Assembly: GCA_039698055.1 (NCBI GenBank)
Contig: JBDKTL010000011.1
Coordinates: forward strand, 1 to 38,482
Reading direction: 5' to 3'
Length of the DNA stretch: 38,482 nt
Source: Methanoregula sp.
GTDB lineage: Archaea > Halobacteriota > Methanomicrobia > Methanomicrobiales > Methanospirillaceae
Shown: positions 28,112 through 37,511 of the stretch, piece after piece
Layout: the number at the start of each line of letters is the position of its first letter
Position numbering within the stretch: position 1 is the stretch's first letter
Program-made: the position numbers and the translations under genes
Notes under the pieces: model-generated
Seen by the model: only the letters and a program-made list of their open reading frames with translations
Told to the model about the DNA's origin: nothing
The model's database searches: none

Positions 28112-30184
28112 TTACCTTCGCCCATGCCTGCCGCCCCGCTGCTGCCCTTTTTTCTCCTGCGCGGGGTTTGTCGCTTTCTGCAGGTCCTCGCTTTCCAGTT
28201 CCGCGATGATATCGAGCGGGTCCTCCATCGTTTTTGTCAGCCGGACAATCTCCAGCAGGCGTTCGATACCGATGAAATGCTCTGCCATGACCCGGGCAAG
28301 CTCGGAGAGTTCGATTTTCGTGCCTTTCCTCTGCACCAGCCGGTTCGCGATAAGATCGCCGAGCACCGGCTCCATGCTCCCCACCATCATCGTTTCGATG
28401 CGGGAGATATCGGCTTCCTCGCCATCGCAGGCAACCGCATTGGCCACGTACTCTTCCGAGCTCTGCTCGATATCATGGACCGGGGCGACTTCTTCCATGA
28501 CGCCTTTGAGGAGTTTGATCGCCACTTCCTCTTCCGTGAACGGGTTCTCCCGCGAATAACTGCCGCCGGGCTCTGCAAGAATGACGACTTTACCCATATC
28601 ATGGAAATCCGGACGTCCTGCCCGGCCGGCCATCTGGTTGAATTCCTGCACCGAGAGCCAGTCCCTGCCCATTGCGAGCGCATCGAAAATCACCTGCGAC
28701 GCGGGAAAATCCACGCCGGCCCCAAGGGCTGCCGTCGTCACCACCGCCATCATTTTTCCCTGCAAAAACCGGCTCTCCACGTCCCGGCGCTCCTGCGAGG
28801 TCAGCCCGGCATGGTACGCTGCCGCCCGCATGCCAAGCGCATCGGCAATCGTGTGGCAGCGGGCCCGGGCATTGGTGAAGATGATCGTCTGGCCACGGAA
28901 CCCCTTTGACGAGGTTTTCTTGTATTCCTCGGTGGTCAGCTGCTTGATCGTCGGGATCTTCTGCTTGCGCTCCAGGAAAAGAAGGTACCGCTCAAGCCCG
29001 ACCGGACGGTCATCGTACCGCACCAGCTGGCAGTTGAGTTTTTTTGCCAGTGTCTTTGGCGAACCGATAGTTGCGGACAGGTACAGGTACTGTGCCTGCG
29101 GGGCGAGGTACTTGAGCCGGGCAACCAGCCCGTCCAGACGGTGCCCCCGTTCAGGGTCTTCCAGCATCTGCACCTCATCGATAACCACCGTGCCGATGTT
29201 GTGCATCTTCTGCCCGCGCCGGATCATGTTGTCCACGCCTTCGTAGGTGCCGACAACAATCGCTGCCTGAGGGTTGCGGTCACCGACTTTGCGGGTCTCG
29301 GGGAGATTGAGCCGGGATATGCCGGTCAACAGCCCCGTTTTGGCAAACGCTTTGTACCGGTCGGTAAACCGCTCGTACTTCTGGTTGGCAAGCGCCACAA
29401 GCGGGACCAAAAAGAGCATCCTGCCCCGGCCTTCAAGGAAGTTCTTGATGCCCGCCATTTCGCCAATGAACGTCTTGCCGCTTGCCGTTGCCGCGACGAC
29501 CAGCAGGTCTTTCCCGAACAGCAGCCCGGCTTCGACTGCCAGCTGCTGGGCCGGCATCAGCGAGGTGACACCGGATGCGGCAATAAAATCGCGGGGCAGC
29601 GGCAGCTCGTCCAGCGACGATGTTGCAAGCACCGGGTGCGCTTCGATCTTGTCAAACAGCGCCGATGACATCGACAGTTTTTCCGGCTGGACGAGCGCGA
29701 GCACCCGGTCAAGGTTGCGGGTGTCGGCAAGCAGGGTCTCAAAATGCCGGATCGTATCCTTCCCGATCCGGCCAAGGGGGGCGATCTCCCGCCGCAGTTC
29801 CCGCCGCCCGCAGTCAAGGCAGATCCTCTCTTTTTTGCCAAAGATCACGTAGTTGTCGTCCGTGAGAGGAGTATACCGCTCGTCCAGCAGGCACATCCGG
29901 CACGCATCGACCGTACCCGTTTTTACCTGGAAATCATGGAGGAACCCCTCAAAGAGCGGATCGGGCCTGACCATCCGCACGTCCCCTTCGCGGAGCTGGT
30001 TGATCAGGTCTTTTGACGGCGTGTGCTGGAGTTCTTTTCTTGAACCCCATTTCAGCCGGTATTTTACCGGCCGGACCCCTTTTGGCGTTTCCGAAAGTTC
30101 GACAATGCCGGCACCCTTGACGTGCCTGCCGTCAAAAAAAAGGAGCTTGTAACTGCCTTTTGCAGGCTGGACAATGATCATCAT
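28112..30184 (-). CDS. archaea-specific Ski2-like helicase (ASH-Ski2/COG1202 type)
   Basis: N-terminal CRMC...CLDC, ATASGKT, PLVALANQK, DEVQ, LSAT, YHAGL, QMAGRAGR. Confidence 0.88.
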   Translation of the reverse strand: MMIIVQPAKGSYKLLFFDGRHVKGAGIVELSETPKGVRPVKYRLKWGSRKELQHTPSKDLINQLREGDVRMVRPDPLFEGFLHDFQVKTGTVDACRMCLLDERYTPLTDDNYVIFGKKERICLDCGRRELRREIAPLGRIGKDTIRHFETLLADTRNLDRVLALVQPEKLSMSSALFDKIEAHPVLATSSLDELPLPRDFIAASGVTSLMPAQQLAVEAGLLFGKDLLVVAATASGKTFIGEMAGIKNFLEGRGRMLFLVPLVALANQKYERFTDRYKAFAKTGLLTGISRLNLPETRKVGDRNPQAAIVVGTYEGVDNMIRRGQKMHNIGTVVIDEVQMLEDPERGHRLDGLVARLKYLAPQAQYLYLSATIGSPKTLAKKLNCQLVRYDDRPVGLERYLLFLERKQKIPTIKQLTTEEYKKTSSKGFRGQTIIFTNARARCHTIADALGMRAAAYHAGLTSQERRDVESRFLQGKMMAVVTTAALGAGVDFPASQVIFDALAMGRDWLSVQEFNQMAGRAGRPDFHDMGKVVILAEPGGSYSRENPFTEEEVAIKLLKGVMEEVAPVHDIEQSSEEYVANAVACDGEEADISRIETMMVGSMEPVLGDLIANRLVQRKGTKIELSELARVMAEHFIGIERLLEIVRLTKTMEDPLDIIAELESEDLQKATNPAQEKKGQQRGGRHGRR

Positions 30185-30990
30185 GGGGCGATCAGATCGT
30201 GGATCACGTAGGTCAGCTCAACCGTCTCCAGCCGTTTTAAGAAATCCGTAAACTCTTCGTCAACAATAACAATAACGCAGTCAATCCCGTGGAATGCCGC
30301 CTCTATCACGCCTTCCCGCGCCCCAAAAAACATATCAGGCTTTTTCCCCGCGTTTTTCAGGGCGATATACGCTTCAAGCCCGACCGCGGCAACCATCCCG
30401 GAAGGGTGAATGAGCTCTTTGAGTTTTTTTGTCTGCACGCTTTTTGAGCCGCCATGCTGGATACGGGGCACCTTGCAGACGTGGATAACTCCCTCTTTAT
30501 GCTCGATGATGCCATTGAGCCTCGCGACCCCCACATCCTCGTCTTTTTTTGCATCGGTGGTAACGGTGCCGGTTGCCTGCTGCGGTTTTTTTGCGGCATA
30601 GAGAAAACCGGCTTTCATGTAAACGCCCACTTCGTCGCCTTCCTTAAGATCTTCCCCGGCAATTGCCGCCCAGACCGACACCTGCTGGATGATGTCGCGC
30701 CGGATATGCCGGGCGTACGATTCGAGGGACTCGGCATTGGCAAGCACCCACTCGATGCCTGCGCGGGTGACTTCGTAATTGCCGCGCCCGATAGCAGAAA
30801 CCATGCCTTCATCGATGAGTTCCCGGATATATTCTGAAATTGCCTGCGGAGTGACACCCATCTTTTCGGCAATCTCCTGCTGGCGGACTGCCGGCTGGTG
30901 CTCGGCAATCTCTACGAGGATCTGCAACCGCGAGACTTCGCGCTTGCTGCGCAAAATAGAATAGAGGGGATCTTTAACGCCCTGTGTCAA
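30181..30990 (-). CDS. winged-HTH transcriptional regulator with C-terminal domain (COG1497-like)
   Basis: RQQEIAEKMGVTPQAISEYIRELIDEG HTH; TTG start overlapping the upstream gene. Confidence 0.82.
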   Translation of the reverse strand: MTQGVKDPLYSILRSKREVSRLQILVEIAEHQPAVRQQEIAEKMGVTPQAISEYIRELIDEGMVSAIGRGNYEVTRAGIEWVLANAESLESYARHIRRDIIQQVSVWAAIAGEDLKEGDEVGVYMKAGFLYAAKKPQQATGTVTTDAKKDEDVGVARLNGIIEHKEGVIHVCKVPRIQHGGSKSVQTKKLKELIHPSGMVAAVGLEAYIALKNAGKKPDMFFGAREGVIEAAFHGIDCVIVIVDEEFTDFLKRLETVELTYVIHDLIAP

Positions 30991-31486
30991 TATGCACCAG
31001 TCCCTGTCCTTTCACATCAAGCTCAGGAATCCTTTTGGCAAGTCCTTTGATAAATACCGGACTGACATTGAATTTGCGGGAAAGGTCGTTGATGGAGCTG
31101 TTGCCGTTTTTCAACTCCCCTTCGAGCTGCTCAACGACGCCCCGGAGGTTTTCGTCGTTTGAAAGGGAGATGTAGATGATATCGGAGAGGTCCTGGAGAT
31201 TGCACTGGAAATTTGCCCGGAACTTGTTGTAGGTTGCCCGGAATTCCCGGATCGGTTTATTTCCCGGTTTTGGCATCCGCCACTGCTCCTCGACAAGGTT
31301 GCCTTTCTTTAAAATCTCAAGGCAGAGGGAAATGTGGTCGCCCCCAACCTGGGACTGGAGTTCGGTCTCCGTCATCCATGACTTGCTTAACAATTCATAG
31401 ACCTTTTTAAACGAGGTATCGTTGAACGTCATGAGGAGCGGAACAAGCTCGACGGGATCGTTGACTATCCTGATATGGCCCGGCAC
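30974..31486 (-). CDS. ArsR-like HTH protein (COG4860-like)
   Basis: WMTETEL, LKKGNLVEEQWRMP..G.KP..EF, C-terminal SINDLSRKFNVSPVFIKGLAKR HTH; GTG start. Confidence 0.8.
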   Translation of the reverse strand: MPGHIRIVNDPVELVPLLMTFNDTSFKKVYELLSKSWMTETELQSQVGGDHISLCLEILKKGNLVEEQWRMPKPGNKPIREFRATYNKFRANFQCNLQDLSDIIYISLSNDENLRGVVEQLEGELKNGNSSINDLSRKFNVSPVFIKGLAKRIPELDVKGQGLVHIDTGR

Positions 31487-31501
31487 AGTAAAACCCTATA
31501 C

Positions 31502-31527
31502 TTATATTGTTTTATAATTCAATATAA
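31502..31527. promoter_or_regulatory. inverted repeat in the 50-bp divergent promoter between the HTH operon and hypF
   Basis: TTATATTG-N10-CAATATAA enclosing TTTATAA. Confidence 0.6.
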
Positions 31528-31536
31528 TTTTGCGGC

Positions 31537-33774
31537 ATGATTTCACAAAAAAAGGGCAGGATCGCGGTTCGCGGGATTGTCCAGGGAGTCGGGTTCCGCC
31601 CTTTTGTGTATGCACAGGCATGCAGGTTTTCGATAGACGGTTCGGTGAAGAATCTCGGCAGCGAGGTCGAGATTTTTGCCAGCGGCGACCATTTTCCTGA
31701 GTTTCTGGCGGCAGTTTCCCGGGGCCCGCCGCTTTCCCGTATCGATTCGGTTGCGGTGAGTGACGTTTCCACTGACATTCCCGAAGGTTTTGTGATCCTG
31801 CCCAGTGCAACCGGTTCGCACTCCGGTATGATCCCGCCGGATATCGCGATGTGCGACGACTGTATTGCCGATATTTTTATGGCCGGCGGCCGGTACGAGG
31901 GGTACTGGGCGACGTCCTGCGTGAACTGCGGGCCCCGGTACAGCATCATCAGCGAGATTCCCTATGACCGGGAGCGGACATCGATGCAGGATTTTTTGAT
32001 GTGCCCGGCGTGTGCACAGGAGTACGGCGACCCTCAGTCACGGCGCCACCATGCCCAGACAATCGCGTGCGCTGCCTGCGGCCCGTCCCTTGAACTGCTC
32101 GATACGCTCGGCAACCGGGTAACCTGTCCGGATCCGATACGGGAAGCAGCAGCACTGCTCGACGCCGGGAAGATCCTGGCGATACGGGGCATCGGCGGGT
32201 TCCACCTTGCCTGCATCGAGGAATCGGCCGGGGAGCTCAAGCACCGGTTGGGCAGGATCGAGCAGCCGTTTGCGGTCATGGTGCGCCCGGACTCCATCGA
32301 CCGGATCGCGTGCGTCTCCGATACCGAACGCCGGCTGATGGAAAGCCCCGTCCACCCGATCGTGGTTGTGCAGAAGCGCGACCCGGACGCCCATGCAGCG
32401 ATCAGCAACCTCCACACCATCGGCTGCATGTTCCCCTATACCGGGCTCCACCACCTGCTGTTTTCTGCACTGGAGCACCCGCTCCTGATCATGACCAGCG
32501 CCAATATGCCCGGCTACCCGATGATCACCGCCATCGATCACGCGATGGCAAAACTCAGCCATGACGCGGATTTTTTCCTGGCCCACAACCGCCGGATTCT
32601 CAACCGGTGCGACGATTCGGTGATCCGGGATGGGTACATCATCCGGTTGTCCCGGGGGATCGCCCCGTTGCGGACGGCCATCGATCTCGGGACACGGTGC
32701 ATCCTTGGCGTAGGTCCCGAGCTCAACGCCAACGCGACGATCTACAAAGGGGGGTTTGCCGTCACCTCCCCGCATGTCGGCAACGTAAGGAACCCGGCGA
32801 CGCTTGAGTACCTGCAGGACACCGTGCGCAACCTCCAGCGGCTGCTTGGCGCACAATTCGACGTGGTCGCCCACGACCTCCATCCCCAGTTCCTCTCCAC
32901 CCGGTTTGCCCGCGAGATTGCCGGGGAGAACGGGCTCGAACTGGTGCCGGTGCAGCACCACCGGGCGCATATTGCGGCGACAACGACCGACCCTTGTATC
33001 GGCATCGCGATCGATGGCGTCGGTTACGGCGATGACGGTACGGTCTGGGGCGGGGAGATCTTTTCCGGGCAGGTACCGGAACTCAAACGGGTTGCGCACC
33101 TTGAACCGGTGGCGATGCCGGGCGGGGATCTTGCGACCCGGTTCCCGGAGCGGATGCTGTACGGCATCCTGCCGAACGAGCGGGTGGTATCCCTGCTTGT
33201 GTCCCGTGGCTGGTCGGACATCGAGATTGGCGTCCTCACAAAACAGGTCGGGTCCGGGTTCAATGTCACGATGACAAGCAGCACCGGCCGGGTGCTTGAC
33301 GCGGCATCCGCCCTGCTCGGGTGTTGCCGCGAGCGCACGTATGACGGGGAGCCGGCGATGAAACTGGAAGCCGCTGCTGCCGGGGGAACGGCAGAGCCAT
33401 GGGAACTTTCGTTTACCACGCGCAACGGGTGCGAGCAGCTCCGGAGCCCAAACCTCATGCAGGAAGCGTGCGACCGGCTGTTCGCGTCCCCCCCGGGCAA
33501 CCGGCAGGCCATCCGGGACATCGCCGCATCGTTCCAGTACAATCTCGCGAGAGGGATTGCACAGCTTGCCATCCATGCCGCAGAGCGGGACGGCATGAAA
33601 ACCGTTGCCCTGAGTGGCGGTGTTGCATCCAACTACGCACTCCGTGAAACCATCCGGGCAGAACTTGGTGCGGCAGGACTTGTGTGCCGGATAAATGCAG
33701 ACTACCCGCCCGGTGACGGCTGTGTCTCGTTTGGGCAGTGCGTATATGCCGGCAGGCTCCTTGCATCGCGATAA
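31537..33774 (+). CDS. hypF: hydrogenase maturation carbamoyltransferase
   Basis: GIVQGVGFRPFV, CxxC..CVNCGPRY and CPAC..CAACGP zinc fingers, GIGGFHL, HDLHP, QHHRAH, DGVGYG, SSTGRVLDA, DGCVSFGQ. Confidence 0.97.
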   Translation: MISQKKGRIAVRGIVQGVGFRPFVYAQACRFSIDGSVKNLGSEVEIFASGDHFPEFLAAVSRGPPLSRIDSVAVSDVSTDIPEGFVILPSATGSHSGMIPPDIAMCDDCIADIFMAGGRYEGYWATSCVNCGPRYSIISEIPYDRERTSMQDFLMCPACAQEYGDPQSRRHHAQTIACAACGPSLELLDTLGNRVTCPDPIREAAALLDAGKILAIRGIGGFHLACIEESAGELKHRLGRIEQPFAVMVRPDSIDRIACVSDTERRLMESPVHPIVVVQKRDPDAHAAISNLHTIGCMFPYTGLHHLLFSALEHPLLIMTSANMPGYPMITAIDHAMAKLSHDADFFLAHNRRILNRCDDSVIRDGYIIRLSRGIAPLRTAIDLGTRCILGVGPELNANATIYKGGFAVTSPHVGNVRNPATLEYLQDTVRNLQRLLGAQFDVVAHDLHPQFLSTRFAREIAGENGLELVPVQHHRAHIAATTTDPCIGIAIDGVGYGDDGTVWGGEIFSGQVPELKRVAHLEPVAMPGGDLATRFPERMLYGILPNERVVSLLVSRGWSDIEIGVLTKQVGSGFNVTMTSSTGRVLDAASALLGCCRERTYDGEPAMKLEAAAAGGTAEPWELSFTTRNGCEQLRSPNLMQEACDRLFASPPGNRQAIRDIAASFQYNLARGIAQLAIHAAERDGMKTVALSGGVASNYALRETIRAELGAAGLVCRINADYPPGDGCVSFGQCVYAGRLLASR

Positions 33775-33858
33775 GGACGATCAAGATAAACCATCTCATA
33801 CGAATAAAAAAAATCGAGCAGTTTATCTCGCAGGAAACCATAAGAAATAACAGGTGCG

Positions 33859-34269
33859 ATGGATCCCTACGATTTGATTCAGGAACAGGAACGAAAAATC
33901 CAACTCTTGGAGAAAGAGCTCATCGAACTTCGCCAGGGGCTTGCAACCGTACAGGATTTTTTCAGCGAACTGGCGACAACTGCACAGGAGCAGGACGCAG
34001 CAGCAGAAGTCGACCAGGCGCTTGTCCGGCCCCTGCTCGATGAAGACGTGGAGTTCGAGAGCATCTGGGACTTCCACCAGAAGATGCTCGTGCCCGATCC
34101 CAAAGGATCGATCCCGCTCAAGAAAATGTTTGAGACCTATGCCGGGTACTGCCGCAACTCCGGGAGAAAACCCATCGATCAGGACGCATTTGAGTTCCTG
34201 CTCCCGCAGATGGATAATCCCCGCCCGATCATTTTCCGGGGAAAATGGCAGAACTGCCGGATCAGGTAG
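33859..34269 (+). CDS. hypothetical protein: N-terminal coiled coil plus winged-helix-like C-terminus
   Basis: IQEQERKIQLLEKELIELRQ heptads; IPLKKMFETYAGYCRNSGRKPIDQDAF; SD AGGTG. Confidence 0.7.
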   Translation: MDPYDLIQEQERKIQLLEKELIELRQGLATVQDFFSELATTAQEQDAAAEVDQALVRPLLDEDVEFESIWDFHQKMLVPDPKGSIPLKKMFETYAGYCRNSGRKPIDQDAFEFLLPQMDNPRPIIFRGKWQNCRIR

Positions 34270-34379
34270 CCACCGGTTGATATCCCGCACGGCAACACCG
34301 GGCATGTGATATTCTTTTACCTTGTTACCAGAACGGTTAAAAGATACATCTTTATGCTAATATCATTAAATTCCGGTCA

Positions 34380-34907
34380 ATGGTCCGCCCGAAAGAGAAG
34401 ATCGAACGCCAGTGCCCTTTCTGCGGTGCAACGGTAACCAGTTCCGATTACTTCTGCCGTTCCTGCCATAAACTCTTCCCGGAAAAAGACCAGTTATGCG
34501 CACCGGGTACAGAAAAACCCCCGGAAATGGTGGTCGTCTCGTTTCGGAACCCGGTCGTTTCCGGCCTGTTCTCCTTCCTTGGGCTTGGGCTTGGCCAGTA
34601 TTATAATGGCGATACGCTCAAAGGCATCGTGATAACTGCAGCCTTTCTGCTGGTCTCGTTCGGGCTGCCCGGCTATGCATATGTCCGGGTGCTCTTCTTT
34701 GGCATCTGGTGCGCCGGGATTCTGGACGCGATGATCTCCGCGTTCCGGATAAACCGGATCCGACGACCATTTAACGGGACAAGCCCCCTGTTCTGGATTG
34801 AAGGCGTCGTCCTTGCCATCGTTCTCATCTTTGTGGCAAGCCAGGCAATGGAAGTTCCGGTGGTTCTCCGGAATGTGTTTCCGATTGTCAATATCATGAT
34901 CCGGTAA
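34380..34907 (+). CDS. zinc-ribbon plus TM2-like membrane protein
   Basis: CPFCG...FCRSC, NPVVSGLFSFLGLGLGQYYNG..KG, several hydrophobic helices; T-tract after the stop. Confidence 0.75.
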   Translation: MVRPKEKIERQCPFCGATVTSSDYFCRSCHKLFPEKDQLCAPGTEKPPEMVVVSFRNPVVSGLFSFLGLGLGQYYNGDTLKGIVITAAFLLVSFGLPGYAYVRVLFFGIWCAGILDAMISAFRINRIRRPFNGTSPLFWIEGVVLAIVLIFVASQAMEVPVVLRNVFPIVNIMIR

Positions 34908-35045
34908 GTTTTTTTTTTTAATCCGGGGATTGGTAAACAAACGATAATAACCGGATCGATGCCCCGTTATGCTCAAAAAGCCACACGGGATTAAAAACAG
35001 GACTGACAAACGCGTTGTGGCACGACAGAAGAAGAAGAAAAAGAT

Positions 35046-35351
35046 TTAGCCGAACAGGGCACCGAGCCCTGCCATGCCGCTCTCTTCGTCTTCCTTCTTG
35101 TGTTCTGCCGGTTCCTCGGCTGCTGCTGCGGCTGCGGCTGGTGCTGCTGCGGCTGCTGCAACGGCAACGGGTGCTGCTGCTGCCTTGCTGATTGCTTCCT
35201 CGATGTTGACACCTTCGAGTGCGGCAATGAGTGCCTTGACGCGGGATTCGTTAACTGCTACACCTGCGGAGGTAAGTACTGCCTTGACTCCGTTCTCATC
35301 GACCTTCTTGCCTGCTTTGTGCAGGAGAAGTGCTGCATAGATATACTCCAT
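35046..35351 (-). CDS. rpl12: 50S ribosomal stalk protein P1 (aL12)
   Basis: [11 protein letters not shown], Ala-rich hinge, acidic GLGALFG tail. Confidence 0.98.
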   Translation of the reverse strand: MEYIYAALLLHKAGKKVDENGVKAVLTSAGVAVNESRVKALIAALEGVNIEEAISKAAAAPVAVAAAAAAPAAAAAAAEEPAEHKKEDEESGMAGLGALFG

Positions 35352-35383
35352 CTTGTTCACCTCAAATGATTTTCTCGATTAAA

Positions 35384-36235
35384 TTATTCTTTAACCAGGC
35401 CTTTGATGACCTGGCTTTCTCTCTGGGCTTTTCCAATAATCGCATCGACAACGTCTTTTTCGTAGATCGCTGCTTCAACTGCAAGGTTGCGTGCTTCCCT
35501 GACGGCTTTGGTCAGGATCGGCGCCATCGTTTCCTTCGTCGGGATGCCTGCGTTCACCGACAGGTTGAATGCCTGCTGGCCGGCGAGCTGGATCTGTGCG
35601 AGAAGTGCGGTCTCATCGACTGAGAGCACGGACGGCTCGTACATGTTGCCATCGTGGAACGCCACCTGCAGGGCAAGTCCGACATCCATGGGCTTGATAT
35701 CAAGTTTTACAAGGACCGTTGCAAGTTTTGCCGAGATGATGCCGCCTTTCTTGACGACCGTCTTTGTCTCACGGATCTTGACCTTGCCGCCCTCGATAGC
35801 TGCGGGAATGCCTGCCTGCTGGAGTTCTCCGACAATCGGACCCGGCTTGAAGTTTGTCGGACCTTTCTGGATGACGATATCTTCCGGTGCTTTTTCGCCG
35901 GACTTTGCCGCCATCTTGGTCTTGGTCTTTTCAAGCTGCTTGAAGAGTTTGAACGGGTTGTCGTTGGTGAAGATAACTGCGGAATGGCCGGAGATATACT
36001 TGGTTAAGTCCTTCATATCCCCGCCCATGTCATCGAGCGCATGTTTGATCAGGGTGTTACGAACGACCTTGATGACCGCTTTGCCCCTGAGGTTCCGGCG
36101 GATCTGCTGTACCTGCTGCGCGGGAATGCCGTACATGTCGACAAGCCCGATCAGCGTGTACTCTTTTGCATGCTTCTTGATGTCCTCAACTTCATCCTTC
36201 TTCCATGAGGGCAGGTGATGTGTGTATAACGCCAT
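35384..36235 (-). CDS. rpl10: 50S ribosomal protein uL10 (P0)
   Basis: WKKDEV, RNTL, NPFKL, GPTNFKPGP, AFNLSVNA. Confidence 0.97.
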   Translation of the reverse strand: MALYTHHLPSWKKDEVEDIKKHAKEYTLIGLVDMYGIPAQQVQQIRRNLRGKAVIKVVRNTLIKHALDDMGGDMKDLTKYISGHSAVIFTNDNPFKLFKQLEKTKTKMAAKSGEKAPEDIVIQKGPTNFKPGPIVGELQQAGIPAAIEGGKVKIRETKTVVKKGGIISAKLATVLVKLDIKPMDVGLALQVAFHDGNMYEPSVLSVDETALLAQIQLAGQQAFNLSVNAGIPTKETMAPILTKAVREARNLAVEAAIYEKDVVDAIIGKAQRESQVIKGLVKE

Positions 36236-36879
36236 TATACCAGCCTCACAGCAGGACCCATCGTCGTTTTCACGTAGATGGAACGAACGTTTAAGTGCCC
36301 CTGTTCAAGGACGGATTCGATACGCTTGACAACCGCATCGATATTCTCTGCGACCTGCTCCGGTTTCATAGCCGTTGAGCCGACCTTTGTGGAGAATAGT
36401 TTGCGATCCTTCGTGCGGATCTTCACCGAGTTTCGCAGGCGCTCGACAATCGGGCGGATATCCATCTGCCCGGTGATCGGCATCGGCATCCTGCCCCTCG
36501 GACCGAGCCGGGGACCTAAATACCTGCCGACCTGCGGCATGACCGCCGTCTCGGCAAGGAAGTATCGGTACTGGCTGGCTACCTTCCGTGCCTCGCGGGG
36601 CTGTCCGCCGAGTCGTTCTACCTCTTCAGGGCCGATAATCAGATCAACTTTGGCATCCTTTGCCTGCGTGACGATATCTCCTTTCCCGATAACGCAGATA
36701 CCGACGTTTTCACCGGTACCGTGGGGAAGAAGAATCGTCTCGTCAATACGATTTTTCGGCTGCGCCATATCGATATTCTTGAGATTGATGGTAATATCGA
36801 TGCTCTCAGAGAACTTACGCTCTGGCGCTTTTTCAATCGCCGCGTTCACGGCTTCCAGAATTTTGGCCCTATCAACCAT
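36235..36879 (-). CDS. rpl1: 50S ribosomal protein uL1
   Basis: RKFSESIDITINLK, LPHG, LGPRGRMP, YVKTTMGP. Confidence 0.98.
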   Translation of the reverse strand: MVDRAKILEAVNAAIEKAPERKFSESIDITINLKNIDMAQPKNRIDETILLPHGTGENVGICVIGKGDIVTQAKDAKVDLIIGPEEVERLGGQPREARKVASQYRYFLAETAVMPQVGRYLGPRLGPRGRMPMPITGQMDIRPIVERLRNSVKIRTKDRKLFSTKVGSTAMKPEQVAENIDAVVKRIESVLEQGHLNVRSIYVKTTMGPAVRLV

Positions 36880-36888
36880 CTGATTCCT

Positions 36889-36926
36889 CCATAGTTTGCG
36901 ACCGGCCTTTTTCCGATCTCCTATGG
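36889..36926 (-). promoter_or_regulatory. uL1-binding autoregulatory mRNA element
   Basis: CCATAG-GA-GATCGG-(loop)-CCGGTC-GCAAA-CTATGG; the 3' strand overlaps the SD GGAGG of rpl1. Confidence 0.8.
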
Positions 36927-36936
36927 TTTTCTCGAT

Positions 36937-37413
36937 TTATTTCACGAGAACACTGTCATACTTGCCTTCGTTGACGAGGGCGAAGACATCTTTTGCCTTC
37001 TTGCCGTCAACGGTAACTCCCATGCTGACACACGTGCCGATGACTTCCTTGACGGCAGTCTTCAGCTCGTACGAGAGCATGCTTTCGAGTTTCATGTTGG
37101 CAATCCTGACAGCGGCCTCGAATGGTAGATTGCCTACCACTTTGACGTTGGGCTCTCCGGAACCTTTCTCGATATTGGCCTCTTTTTTAATGAGTGCCGA
37201 CACCGGGGGGATACCCACGGTGATCGTGAATTTCTTCTTGTCATCGACAACGACCGTAACCGGGACCTGCATTCCGTTGAAGGACGCGGTCTTCTGGTTG
37301 ATCTCATCGATAACTGCTTTCACGTTGATACCGAGTGGTCCGAGCGCGGGTCCTAATGGGGGACCAGCTGTTGCCTTTCCGCCGGATACTAAAACCTCGA
37401 CCACTTCTGCCAT
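36937..37413 (-). CDS. rpl11: 50S ribosomal protein uL11
   Basis: [34 protein letters not shown]; start MAEVVEV. Confidence 0.98.
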   Translation of the reverse strand: MAEVVEVLVSGGKATAGPPLGPALGPLGINVKAVIDEINQKTASFNGMQVPVTVVVDDKKKFTITVGIPPVSALIKKEANIEKGSGEPNVKVVGNLPFEAAVRIANMKLESMLSYELKTAVKEVIGTCVSMGVTVDGKKAKDVFALVNEGKYDSVLVK

Positions 37414-37511
37414 AGTCTTTGCACCATGCCGTCCCGTAATTACGGGTTCCAAGCTTGGGTCAGTAAAATTAGACGTGATGGGAAATAAAGGTGATCGTGG
37501 AGGGGAGAGGT

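Noticed and set aside
32038-33576. 512-aa minus-strand ORF
   Set aside because: Antisense shadow of GC-rich hypF
35117-35183. GCT/GCG/GCA trinucleotide-like repeat and Cys-rich ORF 35100-35369
   Set aside because: Encodes the Ala hinge of P1; the Cys-rich ORF is an antisense artefact
444-37413. Recoding (Sec/Pyl read-through), inteins, tRNA introns or programmed frameshifts
   Set aside because: Core genes appear full length in single frames with normal stops, and both tRNAs are intron-less
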